A stretch of 64,000 nt of DNA from Patescibacteria group bacterium (GCA_038065275.1 JBBTRH010000005.1:26466-90465), one strand, 5' to 3'. Counted from the first letter of the stretch, positions 28,170 to 38,041 are shown. Translations and numbers: made by a program. The notes: generated from the letters alone by a model not told the origin.

Positions 28170-28553
28170 TTACGAGATTTCACAAATCACTTCTCCGCCG
28201 AGTCTGGCTTTCCGCGCTTCATCGCTGGTCATCAACCCCTGCGGGGTAGAAATAATGGCCGTGCCGAAGTTGTTCATGACGTGCGGCAACTGGTGGCGAT
28301 TGACGTAGACGCGGCGGCCGGGTTTACTGATGCGTTTCAGGGCGCCGATCACCGGCTGATTCTGGTCGTACTTCAATAACAGCTTCAATTTCGTGTTCTG
28401 CTCCAGGGCGGCCAATCCGATAATCCAGCCCTCTCGTTCGAGCACCTTGGCCAGGGCGTACTTCAACTTGGCGTATGGCAGGATGACCTCGTGCTGGCCG
28501 GCCAGCTGGGCGTTGCGGATTCGGGTCAGCATGTCAGCAATGGGATCGTTCAT
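28170..28553 (-). CDS. rpsH: ribosomal protein S8
   Basis: MNDPIADMLTRIRNA. Confidence 0.9.
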   Translation of the reverse strand: MNDPIADMLTRIRNAQLAGQHEVILPYAKLKYALAKVLEREGWIIGLAALEQNTKLKLLLKYDQNQPVIGALKRISKPGRRVYVNRHQLPHVMNNFGTAIISTPQGLMTSDEARKARLGGEVICEIS

Positions 28554-28675
28554 ACCCAGCTCCACAATAGCGAATACATCATATCGGAATTCATGTGCAG
28601 TTGAGAAAGAAAAATATCCATGGCGTGGCGATTAAGCTTCTCACTATTGTGGGGCTGGGTCATAAGCGGATAATC

Positions 28676-28861
28676 TTACCACGAGGCTTTGTGGACGCCG
28701 GGCACGTCGCCCTTGTTCGCCAGTTCGCGGAAACAAATACGGCAGAGTTCGAAATCGCGCAAATAGCCGCGTTTGCGCCCGCAACGCCAGCATCGGCGGA
28801 CCAGGCGGGTCGAGTACTTGGGCTTTTTCTTAGACTTGGCAATTTGGGCGGCGGTGGCCAT
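28676..28861 (-). CDS. rpsZ: ribosomal protein S14 (Zn-ribbon type Z)
   Basis: 61 aa, CxxC...CxxC. Confidence 0.9.
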   Translation of the reverse strand: MATAAQIAKSKKKPKYSTRLVRRCWRCGRKRGYLRDFELCRICFRELANKGDVPGVHKASW

Positions 28862-28865
28862 AAGG

Positions 28866-29411
28866 TTAGGGGCGGCGGAAAGGGAAACCGAGGTGGTGAA
28901 GCAAGGCTTGGGCCATCTGACGATGGTTGGTCGACGTGACGATGGTCACTTCCAGGCCATGGAGATGTTCGACCTCATCGCTCCGGATCTCCGGGAAGAC
29001 GATGTGTTCTTTGATGCCGACGGTGATCGTCCCGCCCTGGCCCATGGCTTGGGGATCAAGGCCGTGAAAGTCGCGGATGCGGGCCAGGGTGACATTAATG
29101 AACTTGTCGAGGAATTCCCACATCCGCTGGCCGCGCAGGGTGACCGTCGCGCCGATGACCATGCCTTGGCGGACTTTGAAGGCCGCCACCGACTTCTTGG
29201 CTTTAGTCTGGACCGGTTTCTGACCGCTCACCCGTTCCAGCGTCTGGAGCACGGTGGCGGCGTGCTTGGGATCTTTCAAGTGCTTGCCGAAACCGGCGTT
29301 GATGACGATCTTGGAGACCGTCGGCACGGCTAAAGCATTCGTCAGACCGAACTGCTGTTGGAGGGCCGGGATGACCGTGTGACGATAGCGCTGATGAAGA
29401 CGGGAGATCAT
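28866..29411 (-). CDS. rplE: ribosomal protein L5
   Basis: family match. Confidence 0.9.
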   Translation of the reverse strand: MISRLHQRYRHTVIPALQQQFGLTNALAVPTVSKIVINAGFGKHLKDPKHAATVLQTLERVSGQKPVQTKAKKSVAAFKVRQGMVIGATVTLRGQRMWEFLDKFINVTLARIRDFHGLDPQAMGQGGTITVGIKEHIVFPEIRSDEVEHLHGLEVTIVTSTNHRQMAQALLHHLGFPFRRP

Positions 29412-29412
29412 A

Positions 29413-29730
29413 TTACGACAGAGGTTCTTTCGAGCGGACCGCGGTCCGGACCTTTCGACCGCCGACCATGACCGCGCCGACGCGGGTCGGGTGGCCGGAC
29501 TTCGGGTCGATCAGCATGACGTTCGACAGGTGGATCGGGCCGTTGAACTGGACCCGTTGCCCGGCTTCCTTCTGGCGCCGAGCCCGAACGTTCTTAGTCA
29601 TCTGGTTCACGCCTTCAACCACCACCCGTTGCTGTTGGGGAAAGACCTGCAGGACCTTACCCTTCTTCCCTTTGTCCTTGCCGCTGAGGACCAGGACTTG
29701 GTCGCCGGTTTTTATCCGTGAGGTGGGCAT
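29413..29730 (-). CDS. rplX: ribosomal protein L24
   Basis: KOW motif GDQVLVLSGKDKGKKGKV. Confidence 0.9.
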   Translation of the reverse strand: MPTSRIKTGDQVLVLSGKDKGKKGKVLQVFPQQQRVVVEGVNQMTKNVRARRQKEAGQRVQFNGPIHLSNVMLIDPKSGHPTRVGAVMVGGRKVRTAVRSKEPLS

Positions 29731-29733
29731 AAG

Positions 29734-30105
29734 TTAGAGCACTTCGGGGGCCAGTGAGATAATCTTGGTGAACCCTTTGGTTTTGAGTTCACGGGCGATA
29801 GGGCCGAAAATACGCGTGCCGCGCGGTTCTTTCGTTTCAGGGTCAATGATCACGCCGGCGTTCTCGCTGAACCGGATGTAGCTCCCATCGGAGCGGCGGT
29901 ACTCTTTCCGCTGACGAACGATGACCAAATGCACGACATCGCCTTTCTTAACCAGGCCGTGCGGGGTCGCTTCTTTGACCGAGCCGGTGACAATATCGCC
30001 GAGTTGGCCGTACCGTTTCCGGTGCCCGCCCCAGACCCGGAAGACGGCGACGCGCCGGGCCCCGGTGTTGTCGGCCGGTTTGATGATGGTGCGGAGTTGA
30101 ATCAT
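29734..30105 (-). CDS. rplN: ribosomal protein L14
   Basis: [18 protein letters not shown]. Confidence 0.9.
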   Translation of the reverse strand: MIQLRTIIKPADNTGARRVAVFRVWGGHRKRYGQLGDIVTGSVKEATPHGLVKKGDVVHLVIVRQRKEYRRSDGSYIRFSENAGVIIDPETKEPRGTRIFGPIARELKTKGFTKIISLAPEVL

Positions 30106-30211
30106 GCCCCGCACCACAACAGTTGATCAGGCGTCACCGAGGGTGAAGTATGCGGATGAAAATGATATGCGGATATTTGGTACATCATAGTCTGGCGGTT
30201 GTGGTACGGGG
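30106..30211. repeat. X-family palindromic spacer X1 (rpsQ stop to rplN start)
   Basis: termini CCGCACCACAACAGTTG / CGGTTGTGGTACGG; fills the entire intergenic interval. Confidence 0.55.
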
Positions 30212-30457
30212 TCATACTTTTTTCACTACTCGCCAGCGTTTAGTAGCCGACAGCGGACGGGTTTCTTCAATCACCACCCGGTCCCCGAGGTGGTACTGGC
30301 GCTGTTCGTCATGGGCGGGAAACCGTTGGCTGACGGTAAATTGCTTGTGGTACTTCGGGTGACTGACGGTCCGATCGACGCGGACAACAACCGTCTTCGT
30401 CATCTTGTCGGAGACGACGATCCCAATCAGTTGACGTCGTTTAGCGGTCGTGGGCAT
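30212..30457 (-). CDS. rpsQ: ribosomal protein S17
   Basis: start trimmed to MPTTAKRR. Confidence 0.85.
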   Translation of the reverse strand: MPTTAKRRQLIGIVVSDKMTKTVVVRVDRTVSHPKYHKQFTVSQRFPAHDEQRQYHLGDRVVIEETRPLSATKRWRVVKKV

Positions 30458-30461
30458 GGGT

Positions 30462-30665
30462 TTAGGTGGTCGGTGGTGAGGCGGTCCGAGTCTGAAGTTT
30501 AGTGAGCACCCGGGCAATATCGCGCTTCAACTCGCGCAACTCGCGGACGTCTTGGTGCTGTCCCAGCGCAACTTTGAACCGGCGATCGCGGAGCAGTTCG
30601 CGTTTCTCCTGCAGTAGGCGCTGGAGCTCGGTCGGCGATTTCTGCTCGAGTTCGGACCAGTCCAT
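30462..30665 (-). CDS. rpmC: ribosomal protein L29
   Basis: start trimmed to MDWSELEQKS. Confidence 0.8.
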   Translation of the reverse strand: MDWSELEQKSPTELQRLLQEKRELLRDRRFKVALGQHQDVRELRELKRDIARVLTKLQTRTASPPTT

Positions 30666-30669
30666 GGAG

Positions 30670-31080
30670 TTAGCTGGCGCGCTTAATAAATCTGCTGGTG
30701 ACCGGTAATTTGTAGGCGGCCAGTCGCATCGCCTGTCGAGCAACATCTTCCTTGACGCCGTCCATTTCGAACATGATCGTGCCCGGTTTGACGATGGCCA
30801 CGTAGTGATCGACGGCGCCCTTCCCGCCGCCCATCCGAATTTCGTTGCCTTTAACGGTGACCGGTTTGTCGGGAAAGATGCGAATCCAGATTTTCCCGCC
30901 CCGTTGGACGAAGCGGGTGATGGCTCGACGGGCGGCTTCGATTTGGCGGGCCGTGACCCAGCGCGGTTCGAGCGCCTTCAGTCCGAAAGCGCCGAAACTC
31001 AATTCGAGTTTGTCGGTGGCCCGACCGTGAATCCGTCCGCGGTGCCACTTTCGGTGTTTGACTTTTTTTGGCATCATCAT
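30670..31080 (-). CDS. rplP: ribosomal protein L16
   Basis: family match. Confidence 0.9.
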   Translation of the reverse strand: MMMPKKVKHRKWHRGRIHGRATDKLELSFGAFGLKALEPRWVTARQIEAARRAITRFVQRGGKIWIRIFPDKPVTVKGNEIRMGGGKGAVDHYVAIVKPGTIMFEMDGVKEDVARQAMRLAAYKLPVTSRFIKRAS

Positions 31081-31083
31081 AGG

Positions 31084-31752
31084 TTAGGCGGAGCGTGAAG
31101 CGGCGGGTGAATCCTGGGCGAAAATTTCACCGCTATAAATCCAGACTTTAATGCCGATTTTCCCGTAAGTGGTGTGGGCCTCGCCGCGACCGTAGTCGAT
31201 ACCGGCCCGGAGCGTCTGCAACGGCAGGCTACCCTGACCCAGCACTTCGGTGCGAGCGATTTCCGCGCCGTTCAACCGTCCGGCCAGGGCGACCTTGACG
31301 CCTTTGGCCCCGGCTTGGAGCACCTGTTCAATGGTATTCTTCATTACCCGCCGGAAGGGTAACCGTTTCTCGATTTGTTCGGCGATGTTGCCGACTACGA
31401 TTTGGGCGGATAGTTCCGGTTGCTCGACCTCCTGGACGTTGAGCTTGACGTTGTACTTGCCGTGGCCCATGTGCAAGCGGCGGATGGCTTGACGGAGGGA
31501 CTCGATGCCTTGTCCGCCGCGGCCGATCACCACGCCGGGCTTGGAAGTGTGAATAGTAACCGTCAGATTCTGAAGCGACCGTTCGATATCAATCCGCGCC
31601 AGGCCGGCGTTCGGCAACTTGCCGATCAAGTACTTCCGGATTTGGACGTCTTGTTTCAGCAGGGCCGGGTAATTACGCGGGCTGAACCATTTCGAATTAT
31701 AGGTGGCGGTGACACCGAGGCGAAAGCTCTTGGGATGGACTTTTTGACCCAT
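31084..31752 (-). CDS. rpsC: ribosomal protein S3
   Basis: start trimmed to MGQKVHPKSFRLG. Confidence 0.9.
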   Translation of the reverse strand: MGQKVHPKSFRLGVTATYNSKWFSPRNYPALLKQDVQIRKYLIGKLPNAGLARIDIERSLQNLTVTIHTSKPGVVIGRGGQGIESLRQAIRRLHMGHGKYNVKLNVQEVEQPELSAQIVVGNIAEQIEKRLPFRRVMKNTIEQVLQAGAKGVKVALAGRLNGAEIARTEVLGQGSLPLQTLRAGIDYGRGEAHTTYGKIGIKVWIYSGEIFAQDSPAASRSA

Positions 31753-31756
31753 AGGA

Positions 31757-32287
31757 TTAGGATGTGCCTTGACGGCGAATGGACGGATCTTCGGCCCCCC
31801 TGGCCTGCGGCTTGGCGGTTGGTGATTTAGATGGTGGCTTGAAGGCGGCTTGGCCGGGGACAATCGGCGCTTTCACCGGCGCCTGTTTGACCGGGCCTTT
31901 GGTCGCCGTCACGGCCGCCGGCTTGGTGGGCGCGGCTTTGAGCGGCGCCGTTTTAGCCAGGTCTTCCAGCACCACGGTGACATGGGTCATCCGCTTGAGG
32001 ATTTCAGCCGCTCGGCCGAAGGCACGAGGCCGATACCGTTTCAGCCGCGGGCCTTCGTTGGCGACGATTGATTTGATGCGGAGTGATTTCCGTTCAAGTT
32101 TGAAATTGTGCTCGGCGTTAGCCACGGCCGAATTCAACAGCTTCAGCACCGGCCGGGACGCCCGCTTCGGCAGGACGGTCAGCTGGTCGACGGCTTGGTC
32201 GATCGGCAACCCGCGCACCAGGTTGACCACCAGTCGAACCTTGCGCGGAGATATGTGGAGATAGCGGAGATGGGCGCGGACTTCCAT
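31757..32287 (-). CDS. rplV: ribosomal protein L22 with ~60-aa Ala/Pro/Lys-rich C-terminal extension
   Basis: MEVRAHLRYLHISPRKVRLV. Confidence 0.85.
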   Translation of the reverse strand: MEVRAHLRYLHISPRKVRLVVNLVRGLPIDQAVDQLTVLPKRASRPVLKLLNSAVANAEHNFKLERKSLRIKSIVANEGPRLKRYRPRAFGRAAEILKRMTHVTVVLEDLAKTAPLKAAPTKPAAVTATKGPVKQAPVKAPIVPGQAAFKPPSKSPTAKPQARGAEDPSIRRQGTS

Positions 32288-32400
32288 ATCCAGTACTACA
32301 ACAATGAGTAAATAATAGACTGAAAAAACATATGGCTGTCTGCACGAATAATTGCGCGGCGTGTGTTCAGATAATGCATTGTTGTAGTACCGGGCATAGG
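32288..32400. repeat. X-family palindromic spacer X2 (rpsS stop to rplV start)
   Basis: termini CAGTACTACAACAATG / CATTGTTGTAGTACCGG. Confidence 0.55.
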
Positions 32401-32736
32401 TTATTTCTTGTCTGGAGTCGGCGCGGCGGCTGGAGCGGTAGCGGGCTTTTCTTGGGCCGCCATTTCCAGCTCTTTCTGCATCCGACCGCCGTGACGGACG
32501 AACTTGCGGGTCGGGGAAAACTCGCCCAGCCGATGACCGACCATGTTCTCGACGATGAAGACGGAGATATGGTTCTTTCCATTATGGACGCCGAAGGTGA
32601 ATCCGACCATCGTCGGCGTGATGAGCGAATCTCGCGACCAGGTTTTCAACACCGTCTTGTCGCCGACTTTCAGCTTGGCTACTTTAGCCAGGAGCTTCGG
32701 ATCGGTGAAGGGAGCTTTTTTTAGAGATCGTCCCAT
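32401..32736 (-). CDS. rpsS: ribosomal protein S19 with C-terminal extension
   Basis: family match. Confidence 0.9.
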   Translation of the reverse strand: MGRSLKKAPFTDPKLLAKVAKLKVGDKTVLKTWSRDSLITPTMVGFTFGVHNGKNHISVFIVENMVGHRLGEFSPTRKFVRHGGRMQKELEMAAQEKPATAPAAAPTPDKK

Positions 32737-32740
32737 AGCG

Positions 32741-33577
32741 TTACGGGCGGCGACGGCTAATGATTAGGCGACTAGAGTATTTTTTCTTGTTACGGGTGCG
32801 GACGCCGAGGGCATGGCGGCCCCACGGTGTTTTCGGGTATTTCATGCCGATCGGTTGGTTGCCTTCGCCGCCGCCGTGCGGGTGGTCGACCGGGTTCATG
32901 GCCTTGCCGCGGACCGCTGGCCGCCGGTTCCGCCACCGCATCCGGCCGGCTTTTCCCCAGCGGATGTTGCCGTGATCGACGTTCGAGACCTGGCCGATTG
33001 AGGCCATCGCTTCTTTTAAAACTTTACGAATTTCACCGGAGGGCATCTTCAACAGCGCGTACTCTCCTTCAATAGACATGATGGTGGCCGCGTTGCCGGC
33101 CGATCGAACGATGGCGCCGCCGCGACCCGGCCTCAGCTCGATATTGTGGATCGGCACACCGGCAGGGATGTGAGCGAGCTTGGTCCGGTTTCCAAGGCCG
33201 ACATCTACGCCCGACGGCGAGCTGACCACTTGCTGTCCGACCCGCAAGCCGCTGGGGGCAAGAATGTAGCGCTTTTCATGGTCGGCATACTCAACCAGGG
33301 CGACATGGGCAGAACGGTTCGGGTCGTACTGGATGCCGAGGACGGTCGCCGATTGACCGTGACGCTCCTGGTGAAAGTCGACCTGGCGATACAATCGCTT
33401 GTTCCCGGCACCGCGATGACGGACGGTGATTTTCCCTTGGACATTGCGGCCGGCATCCTGCTTGATGGTCGACAGCAACAACTTGTGTGGACGCTGGACG
33501 CCGCGCAGTTCGGCGTAGTCGTTGACCGAGGACTTGCGGCGGCCGGGACTGGTGGGTCGGTAGATGCGGACAGCCAT
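32741..33577 (-). CDS. rplB: ribosomal protein L2
   Basis: family match. Confidence 0.9.
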   Translation of the reverse strand: MAVRIYRPTSPGRRKSSVNDYAELRGVQRPHKLLLSTIKQDAGRNVQGKITVRHRGAGNKRLYRQVDFHQERHGQSATVLGIQYDPNRSAHVALVEYADHEKRYILAPSGLRVGQQVVSSPSGVDVGLGNRTKLAHIPAGVPIHNIELRPGRGGAIVRSAGNAATIMSIEGEYALLKMPSGEIRKVLKEAMASIGQVSNVDHGNIRWGKAGRMRWRNRRPAVRGKAMNPVDHPHGGGEGNQPIGMKYPKTPWGRHALGVRTRNKKKYSSRLIISRRRP

Positions 33578-33581
33578 CGGG

Positions 33582-34070
33582 TTAGGCGCTCACGACGTCA
33601 ATGGTTTTTCCCGGCGGCAGGGTGACAATCGCCTTCTTGCGGTCGGCGGTCCGGCCGTAAGTGCGGCCGAAGCGGACTACCTTACCGCGCAGTACCATGA
33701 TGTTCACCGCGACCGGCGCGATGCCGTAGAGATGACGGACCGACTGGCGGACGTCGGCCTTGGTAGCCGCCAGAGCAACTTCGAACGTATACTGCGAGCC
33801 GGAGCCGCCGCGGGTTGATTTTTCGGTTACCAAGGGACGCTGGAGGACACGGTGGGCCAGATGAGCGGTCGATGAGGATGGCTGAGTAGTCGCCGAGGTA
33901 GTTTTCTCCGGTTTTCCCCGGGCCGGCGGCGTCTCGTTCTTACCCGCCGGGACGGCGGCGAAGGCTTTCCGTTCGGCCTCTTTTCCCGTGGCTGGTTTGA
34001 GTACGCCGCGCTTCGGGCCAGTGGTCTGGTCCTTGCCTTTTGTGCTCTTGAAGCGGTCGAAAAAGCCCAT
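33582..34070 (-). CDS. rplW: ribosomal protein L23 with ~65-aa low-complexity N-terminal extension (start uncertain)
   Basis: C-terminal core VLQRPLVTEKST. Confidence 0.75.
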   Translation of the reverse strand: MGFFDRFKSTKGKDQTTGPKRGVLKPATGKEAERKAFAAVPAGKNETPPARGKPEKTTSATTQPSSSTAHLAHRVLQRPLVTEKSTRGGSGSQYTFEVALAATKADVRQSVRHLYGIAPVAVNIMVLRGKVVRFGRTYGRTADRKKAIVTLPPGKTIDVVSA

Positions 34071-34075
34071 GAGAA

Positions 34076-34702
34076 TTATTTAACGTAGGTGGAACGGATG
34101 ACGTCCAGCGCCGGCTGGAGGACCAGGAGCTGGCCGGCGTTCACCACATCATAGGTATTCAAACTGTCCGCGCGGATGAAGGATACTCCGGGAATGTTGC
34201 GACCGGCCTTGACCAGCATCAAGTTCGTAGTCGGCAGGATGACCAGGGTCTTCGGCTGGCTCGGGACGCTCTTCAGGACCTGGGCGAATTCTTTGGTCTT
34301 CGGGGCCGGCCACGCCAGCTGATCGACGACGGTCAGCCGGTCGCTGATGGCTTTATCGCTCAGCGACATTAGCAACGCCTTTCGCTTGGCCGTCAGGTTC
34401 ATCTTCAGCGCGAAATTGCGGTTCTTCCGCGGGCCGAAGATGACGCCGCCACCCTTCCACTGCGGCGACCGGATCGAGCCTTGACGGGCGCGGCCGGTGC
34501 CCTTCTGGCGCCACGGTTTCTTCCCCCCGCCGCGGACTTCGCCGCGGGTTTTAGTGTGGGCGATAGCCTGGCGCCGATTAGCCAGGTGGGTGGTAATGGC
34601 TTGTTCGATCAAGCCGGCCTGGGGTTTAACGCCAAAAACGCGTTGGTCAAGTTCGATCTCGCCGATGACCTGGCCGGTTTGGTTGTACAACTTGACTTTC
34701 AT
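34076..34702 (-). CDS. rplD: ribosomal protein L4
   Basis: family match. Confidence 0.9.
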   Translation of the reverse strand: MKVKLYNQTGQVIGEIELDQRVFGVKPQAGLIEQAITTHLANRRQAIAHTKTRGEVRGGGKKPWRQKGTGRARQGSIRSPQWKGGGVIFGPRKNRNFALKMNLTAKRKALLMSLSDKAISDRLTVVDQLAWPAPKTKEFAQVLKSVPSQPKTLVILPTTNLMLVKAGRNIPGVSFIRADSLNTYDVVNAGQLLVLQPALDVIRSTYVK

Positions 34703-34703
34703 A

Positions 34704-35309
34704 TTATCCCTTTATTACCACCAGGCCGTTCCGCGGTCCGGGCACGGCGCCGGAGAGCCACAGTTCATTCGCTTCCGGCTTGACGGCCATGACCGTCAGG
34801 TGCTTGACGGTAACTTTAGCGTTACCCAACCGACCGGCCATTCGGGTGCCCTTCATGACGTGTTGGGGGAAGGTCGCGCCGATCGAACCGGGCGCGCGGA
34901 GGTTGTCTTTGTGGCCATGGCTAGCGGGACCGCCTCTGAAGTGATGGCGCTTGACCACGCCGGCAAACCCCCGACCCTTGGAGGTGGCGGTGACTTGAAC
35001 ATGATCGCCAAGTTGAAACACCGCCACGTCAATCTTGGCGCCGCGGGCCAGTGTGGCGCCAGTCACGGTGGCCTGGCGCGAATAGCGGAAATTCCCCAAA
35101 CCCTTTTGCTGGCCGCGTTGCGGTTTCGCGACGCGCGATTCCTTGGTCGGCACCCCGGCGATGTGGACCGTCGCTGACCCGGCCAGGCCGACGGGCCGGA
35201 CGTCAGTCACGACGTTCGGTTCAGCCTTGATGACGGTCACCGGCACGACCGTCCCGTCGTCCTGGAAGACCTGGGTCATCTGCATTTTTTGTCCAAGCAG
35301 GAACTTCAT
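34704..35309 (-). CDS. rplC: ribosomal protein L3
   Basis: family match. Confidence 0.9.
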   Translation of the reverse strand: MKFLLGQKMQMTQVFQDDGTVVPVTVIKAEPNVVTDVRPVGLAGSATVHIAGVPTKESRVAKPQRGQQKGLGNFRYSRQATVTGATLARGAKIDVAVFQLGDHVQVTATSKGRGFAGVVKRHHFRGGPASHGHKDNLRAPGSIGATFPQHVMKGTRMAGRLGNAKVTVKHLTVMAVKPEANELWLSGAVPGPRNGLVVIKG

Positions 35310-35417
35310 CCCGTTAGTCCCGTTAGAAATGAATGAAAGTAAACCATCGGTACATATGAGATTGTAATTGCTACTAATGCTTTTTCCGAAAATACGGTGA
35401 TCGTCATTTCTAACGGG
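35310..35417. mobile_element. MITE-like element copy D (TIR CCCGTTAGAAATGA; extra half-TIR CCCGTTAG at 35310-35317)
   Basis: sits between rpsJ and rplC; terminus directly abuts rplC ATG. Confidence 0.6.
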
Positions 35418-35613
35418 ATTAGAAGTCTATTTGAGAAAAACGGAATTAATTCGGCAGGTTGGAGAGATTGGTCAGAGATATAACACCGCTGTGCGGACCA
35501 ACGTCCACCGCAGCGGTGTCAACGTTGGCACGTGTTGTCCGGGATTACGGCGACAGGAGCTGGTCTTGTCATCCGCGGAACTAGGTGCCGTTAAAAAGTA
35601 TTGGCGGGAAGAT

Positions 35614-35967
35614 TTAAGACTTGATTTCGATGTCCACGCCGGCCGGTAAATTAAGGTTGGTTAGAGCATCGACTGTCTTCGGCGTCGGATCGAGGATGTC
35701 GACCAGGCGCTTGTGCGTCCGCATCTCGTACTGTTCGCGGGAGTTCTTGTGGGCGAACGAGGAGCGGATGACGGTGTAGGTACTGCGTTCGGTCGGAAGC
35801 GGCACCGGGCCCTTGATCTTGGCTCCCGTCCGCGTCGCCGTATCAATAATCGTCTTGGTCGACTGGTCGATGATCTTATGGTCGTAGGCGCGGATCTTGA
35901 TCCGCAACCGCTGGTGGACTTCCTCGTCGGGAGCGGTCGTCAGCGGGACCGGGGTGACAGCGGGCAT
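35614..35967 (-). CDS. rpsJ: ribosomal protein S10 (start probably internal)
   Basis: [17 protein letters not shown] core. Confidence 0.85.
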   Translation of the reverse strand: MPAVTPVPLTTAPDEEVHQRLRIKIRAYDHKIIDQSTKTIIDTATRTGAKIKGPVPLPTERSTYTVIRSSFAHKNSREQYEMRTHKRLVDILDPTPKTVDALTNLNLPAGVDIEIKS

Positions 35968-35998
35968 CGCCAGGGTAATCAGGGGGTCAGGCCGGGCG

Positions 35999-37183
35999 TT
36001 ACTTGATGATCTTCGTCACCACGCCGGCGCCGACCGTATGGCCGCCTTCGCGGATGGCGAAGCGTTGCTGTTCTTCCAGCGCCACCGGGGTGATCAGCTT
36101 AATGACGAATTTCGATTGATCGCCGGGCATGACCATTTCCGTGCCGGCCGGCAGTTCGATCTCGCCGGTCACATCCGTAGTGCGAACATAGAACTGCGGT
36201 TTGTAGCCCTTGAAGAACGGGGTGTGGCGGCCGCCTTCCTCCTTGGTCAGGATCAGAACTTCCGCCTCGAACTCCGCGTGCGGGGTGACGGTGCCGGGTT
36301 TGGCCAGGACCTGGCCGCGCTCGACCTCTTCCTTCTTGGTGCCGCGCAGGAGCAACCCGGCGTTGTCGCCGGCCAGGCCGGAGTCGAGTTGCTTGTTGAA
36401 CATCTCGATGCCGGTGATGACCGTCTTCGCCGTCGGGCGGAGGCCGATGATTTCCACTTCGTCGTTGAGCTTGACGGTGCCGCGCTCGATCCGGCCGGTG
36501 ACCACCGTGCCGCGGCCCTCGATCGAGAAGATGTCTTCAATCGGCATCAGGAACGGTTTGTCCGTTTCCCGTTTCGGCGCGGGGATATACTCATCGAGCG
36601 TCTTCATCAATTCCATGATTTTCTCCTGCGCGGCCGCATCGCCTTCCAGCGCTTTCAAGGCCGAGCCGCGGATGATCGGGGTGGTGTCGCCCGGGAATTC
36701 ATATTTCTTCAGCAAGTCGCGAATTTCGACTTCCACCAGGTCGATCAGCTCGGCGTCGTCAACCGTGTCCACCTTGTTCAGGAAGACGACGATGTGCGGC
36801 ACGCCGACCTGTTTGGCCAGTAAGATATGTTCGCGGGTCTGGGGCATCGGGCCGTCGGCGGCGGACACGACTAAAATAGCGCCGTCCATTTGGGCCGCTC
36901 CGGTGATCATATTCTTGACGTAATCGGCGTGGCCCGGACAGTCGACGTGAGCGTAGTGCCGTTTGGCCGTTTCGTACTCGACGTGAGCAGTGGCGATGGT
37001 AATGCCGCGGGCCTTCTCTTCCGGCGCGTTGTCGATGTCGTCGACGCCCTTGTGCTGGGCGATGAAACCCTTGTTAGACAGGGTTTTCAAAATCGCGGCC
37101 GTGAGAGTCGTTTTGCCGTGGTCGACGTGGCCGATGGTGCCGACGTTGATGTGCGGCTTGCTACGATCAAATTTGTCTGTCAT
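35999..37183 (-). CDS. tuf: elongation factor Tu
   Basis: [19 protein letters not shown]-motifs; 394 aa. Confidence 0.95.
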   Translation of the reverse strand: MTDKFDRSKPHINVGTIGHVDHGKTTLTAAILKTLSNKGFIAQHKGVDDIDNAPEEKARGITIATAHVEYETAKRHYAHVDCPGHADYVKNMITGAAQMDGAILVVSAADGPMPQTREHILLAKQVGVPHIVVFLNKVDTVDDAELIDLVEVEIRDLLKKYEFPGDTTPIIRGSALKALEGDAAAQEKIMELMKTLDEYIPAPKRETDKPFLMPIEDIFSIEGRGTVVTGRIERGTVKLNDEVEIIGLRPTAKTVITGIEMFNKQLDSGLAGDNAGLLLRGTKKEEVERGQVLAKPGTVTPHAEFEAEVLILTKEEGGRHTPFFKGYKPQFYVRTTDVTGEIELPAGTEMVMPGDQSKFVIKLITPVALEEQQRFAIREGGHTVGAGVVTKIIK

Positions 37184-37237
37184 AGGACGATTCCGAAAAA
37201 TGAGTTAGACGAAAAAAGTGAGCACAAATGCTTGCCG

Positions 37238-37266
37238 ATTATAGCAGGGTGGAGGAATCCTGACAA
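37238..37266 (-). promoter_or_regulatory. sigma70-type promoter for tuf (TTGTCA -17- TATAAT)
   Basis: minus-strand CTTGTCA-N17-TATAAT about 55 nt upstream of tuf ATG, preceded by terminator-like CCGGGGCCGG+T6. Confidence 0.55.
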
Positions 37267-37326
37267 GTCTCGAGGGAAAAAACCGGCCCCGGACATGCAT
37301 GATGCATGAACTTTGGCTAAGGTTAG

Positions 37327-37427
37327 CCCCGTTAGAGGTGAGAACGATTAAGGATAATATATATTCAACAACAATGGTAATAACTACGGCCTAACAAAAA
37401 ACTTAACTATCCTCAGCTCTAACGGGG
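37327..37427. mobile_element. MITE-like element copy E (TIR CCCCGTTAGAGGTGAG; TSD TTAG)
   Basis: TTAG at 37323-26 and 37428-31. Confidence 0.65.
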
Positions 37428-37542
37428 TTAGCCTGGTTGGATGCTGGTGAGACGCACTTACAAAAAAGTTTATTTGGTTGCAGAAAGCAGAAATATGAAA
37501 TTCGGTAACAAATAACGTATAAGCCGCCTCCAATGGGGCTAA

Positions 37543-37579
37543 GAAAAAAAACAGACCCCTTTGCCGAAGCATTGGGGTC
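37543..37579 (-). terminator. intrinsic terminator (GACCCC-loop-GGGGTC + U8) on minus strand
   Basis: hairpin followed by UGUUUUUUUU on minus strand. Confidence 0.6.
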
Positions 37580-38040
37580 CGAGGCACAGAACAAGGAAAA
37601 GGTGCTGGTGGCTAAGTTGAGGCTGGACCTTGAGTGAGAAGGTATCACTCAACCTGGTCCGGGACCGTTCGCCTGATTGGGACTACATGGCTACTTGGTT
37701 GTTAGGGGTTGTCCTTCACTCGGACCCCGTGGCTCCGCTGCAGGCAGAGACCGGTCGATCCTGGACAATCTTCCTGGCGCAATAAGCGCTGGTTCCCTTT
37801 CCCGAAGCACCCTCCTTACTCCGTACCAGCATAGTATCCCGATGAAAAAATCCGGTAAAGCCGGTTTCTCCCCACCTCATCGACACCCTTTTCCACCGAT
37901 TTGTACACAGGTTGTCCCGAGGGATTATTGTAAGTGGCTGGTGTCGTTGAGGACAACCATCAAAAGTTTTCCTGATTCATCGAAATCGATTACTGAAATA
38001 CCGGCGTTGTCATGGCTACGCTCTGGAATGATGACCTTTA
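37580..38040 (-). ncRNA. candidate structured non-coding RNA locus, identity unresolved
   Basis: ~460 nt without credible ORF, three minus-strand terminator-like hairpins (38042-77, 37845-64, 37543-79), long local hairpins; no RNase P/tmRNA/SRP consensus recognised by eye. Confidence 0.3.
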
Positions 38041-38041
38041 C

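Noticed and set aside
35897-36923. Long antisense ORFs inside tuf and within the ribosomal protein genes (many in the track)
   Set aside because: They lie on the opposite strand of highly conserved genes and have the R/A/G/P-rich composition typical of GC-rich antisense frames.
37580-38040. Assigning the non-coding locus to RNase P RNA, tmRNA, SRP RNA or 6S RNA
   Set aside because: I could not find the P4 motifs (GGAAAGUCCGG / ACAGAAxCCGGCUUA in the correct order), the tRNA-like GGGG...CCA ends with T-arm, or the SRP domain IV GGAA motif. It is left as unassigned.
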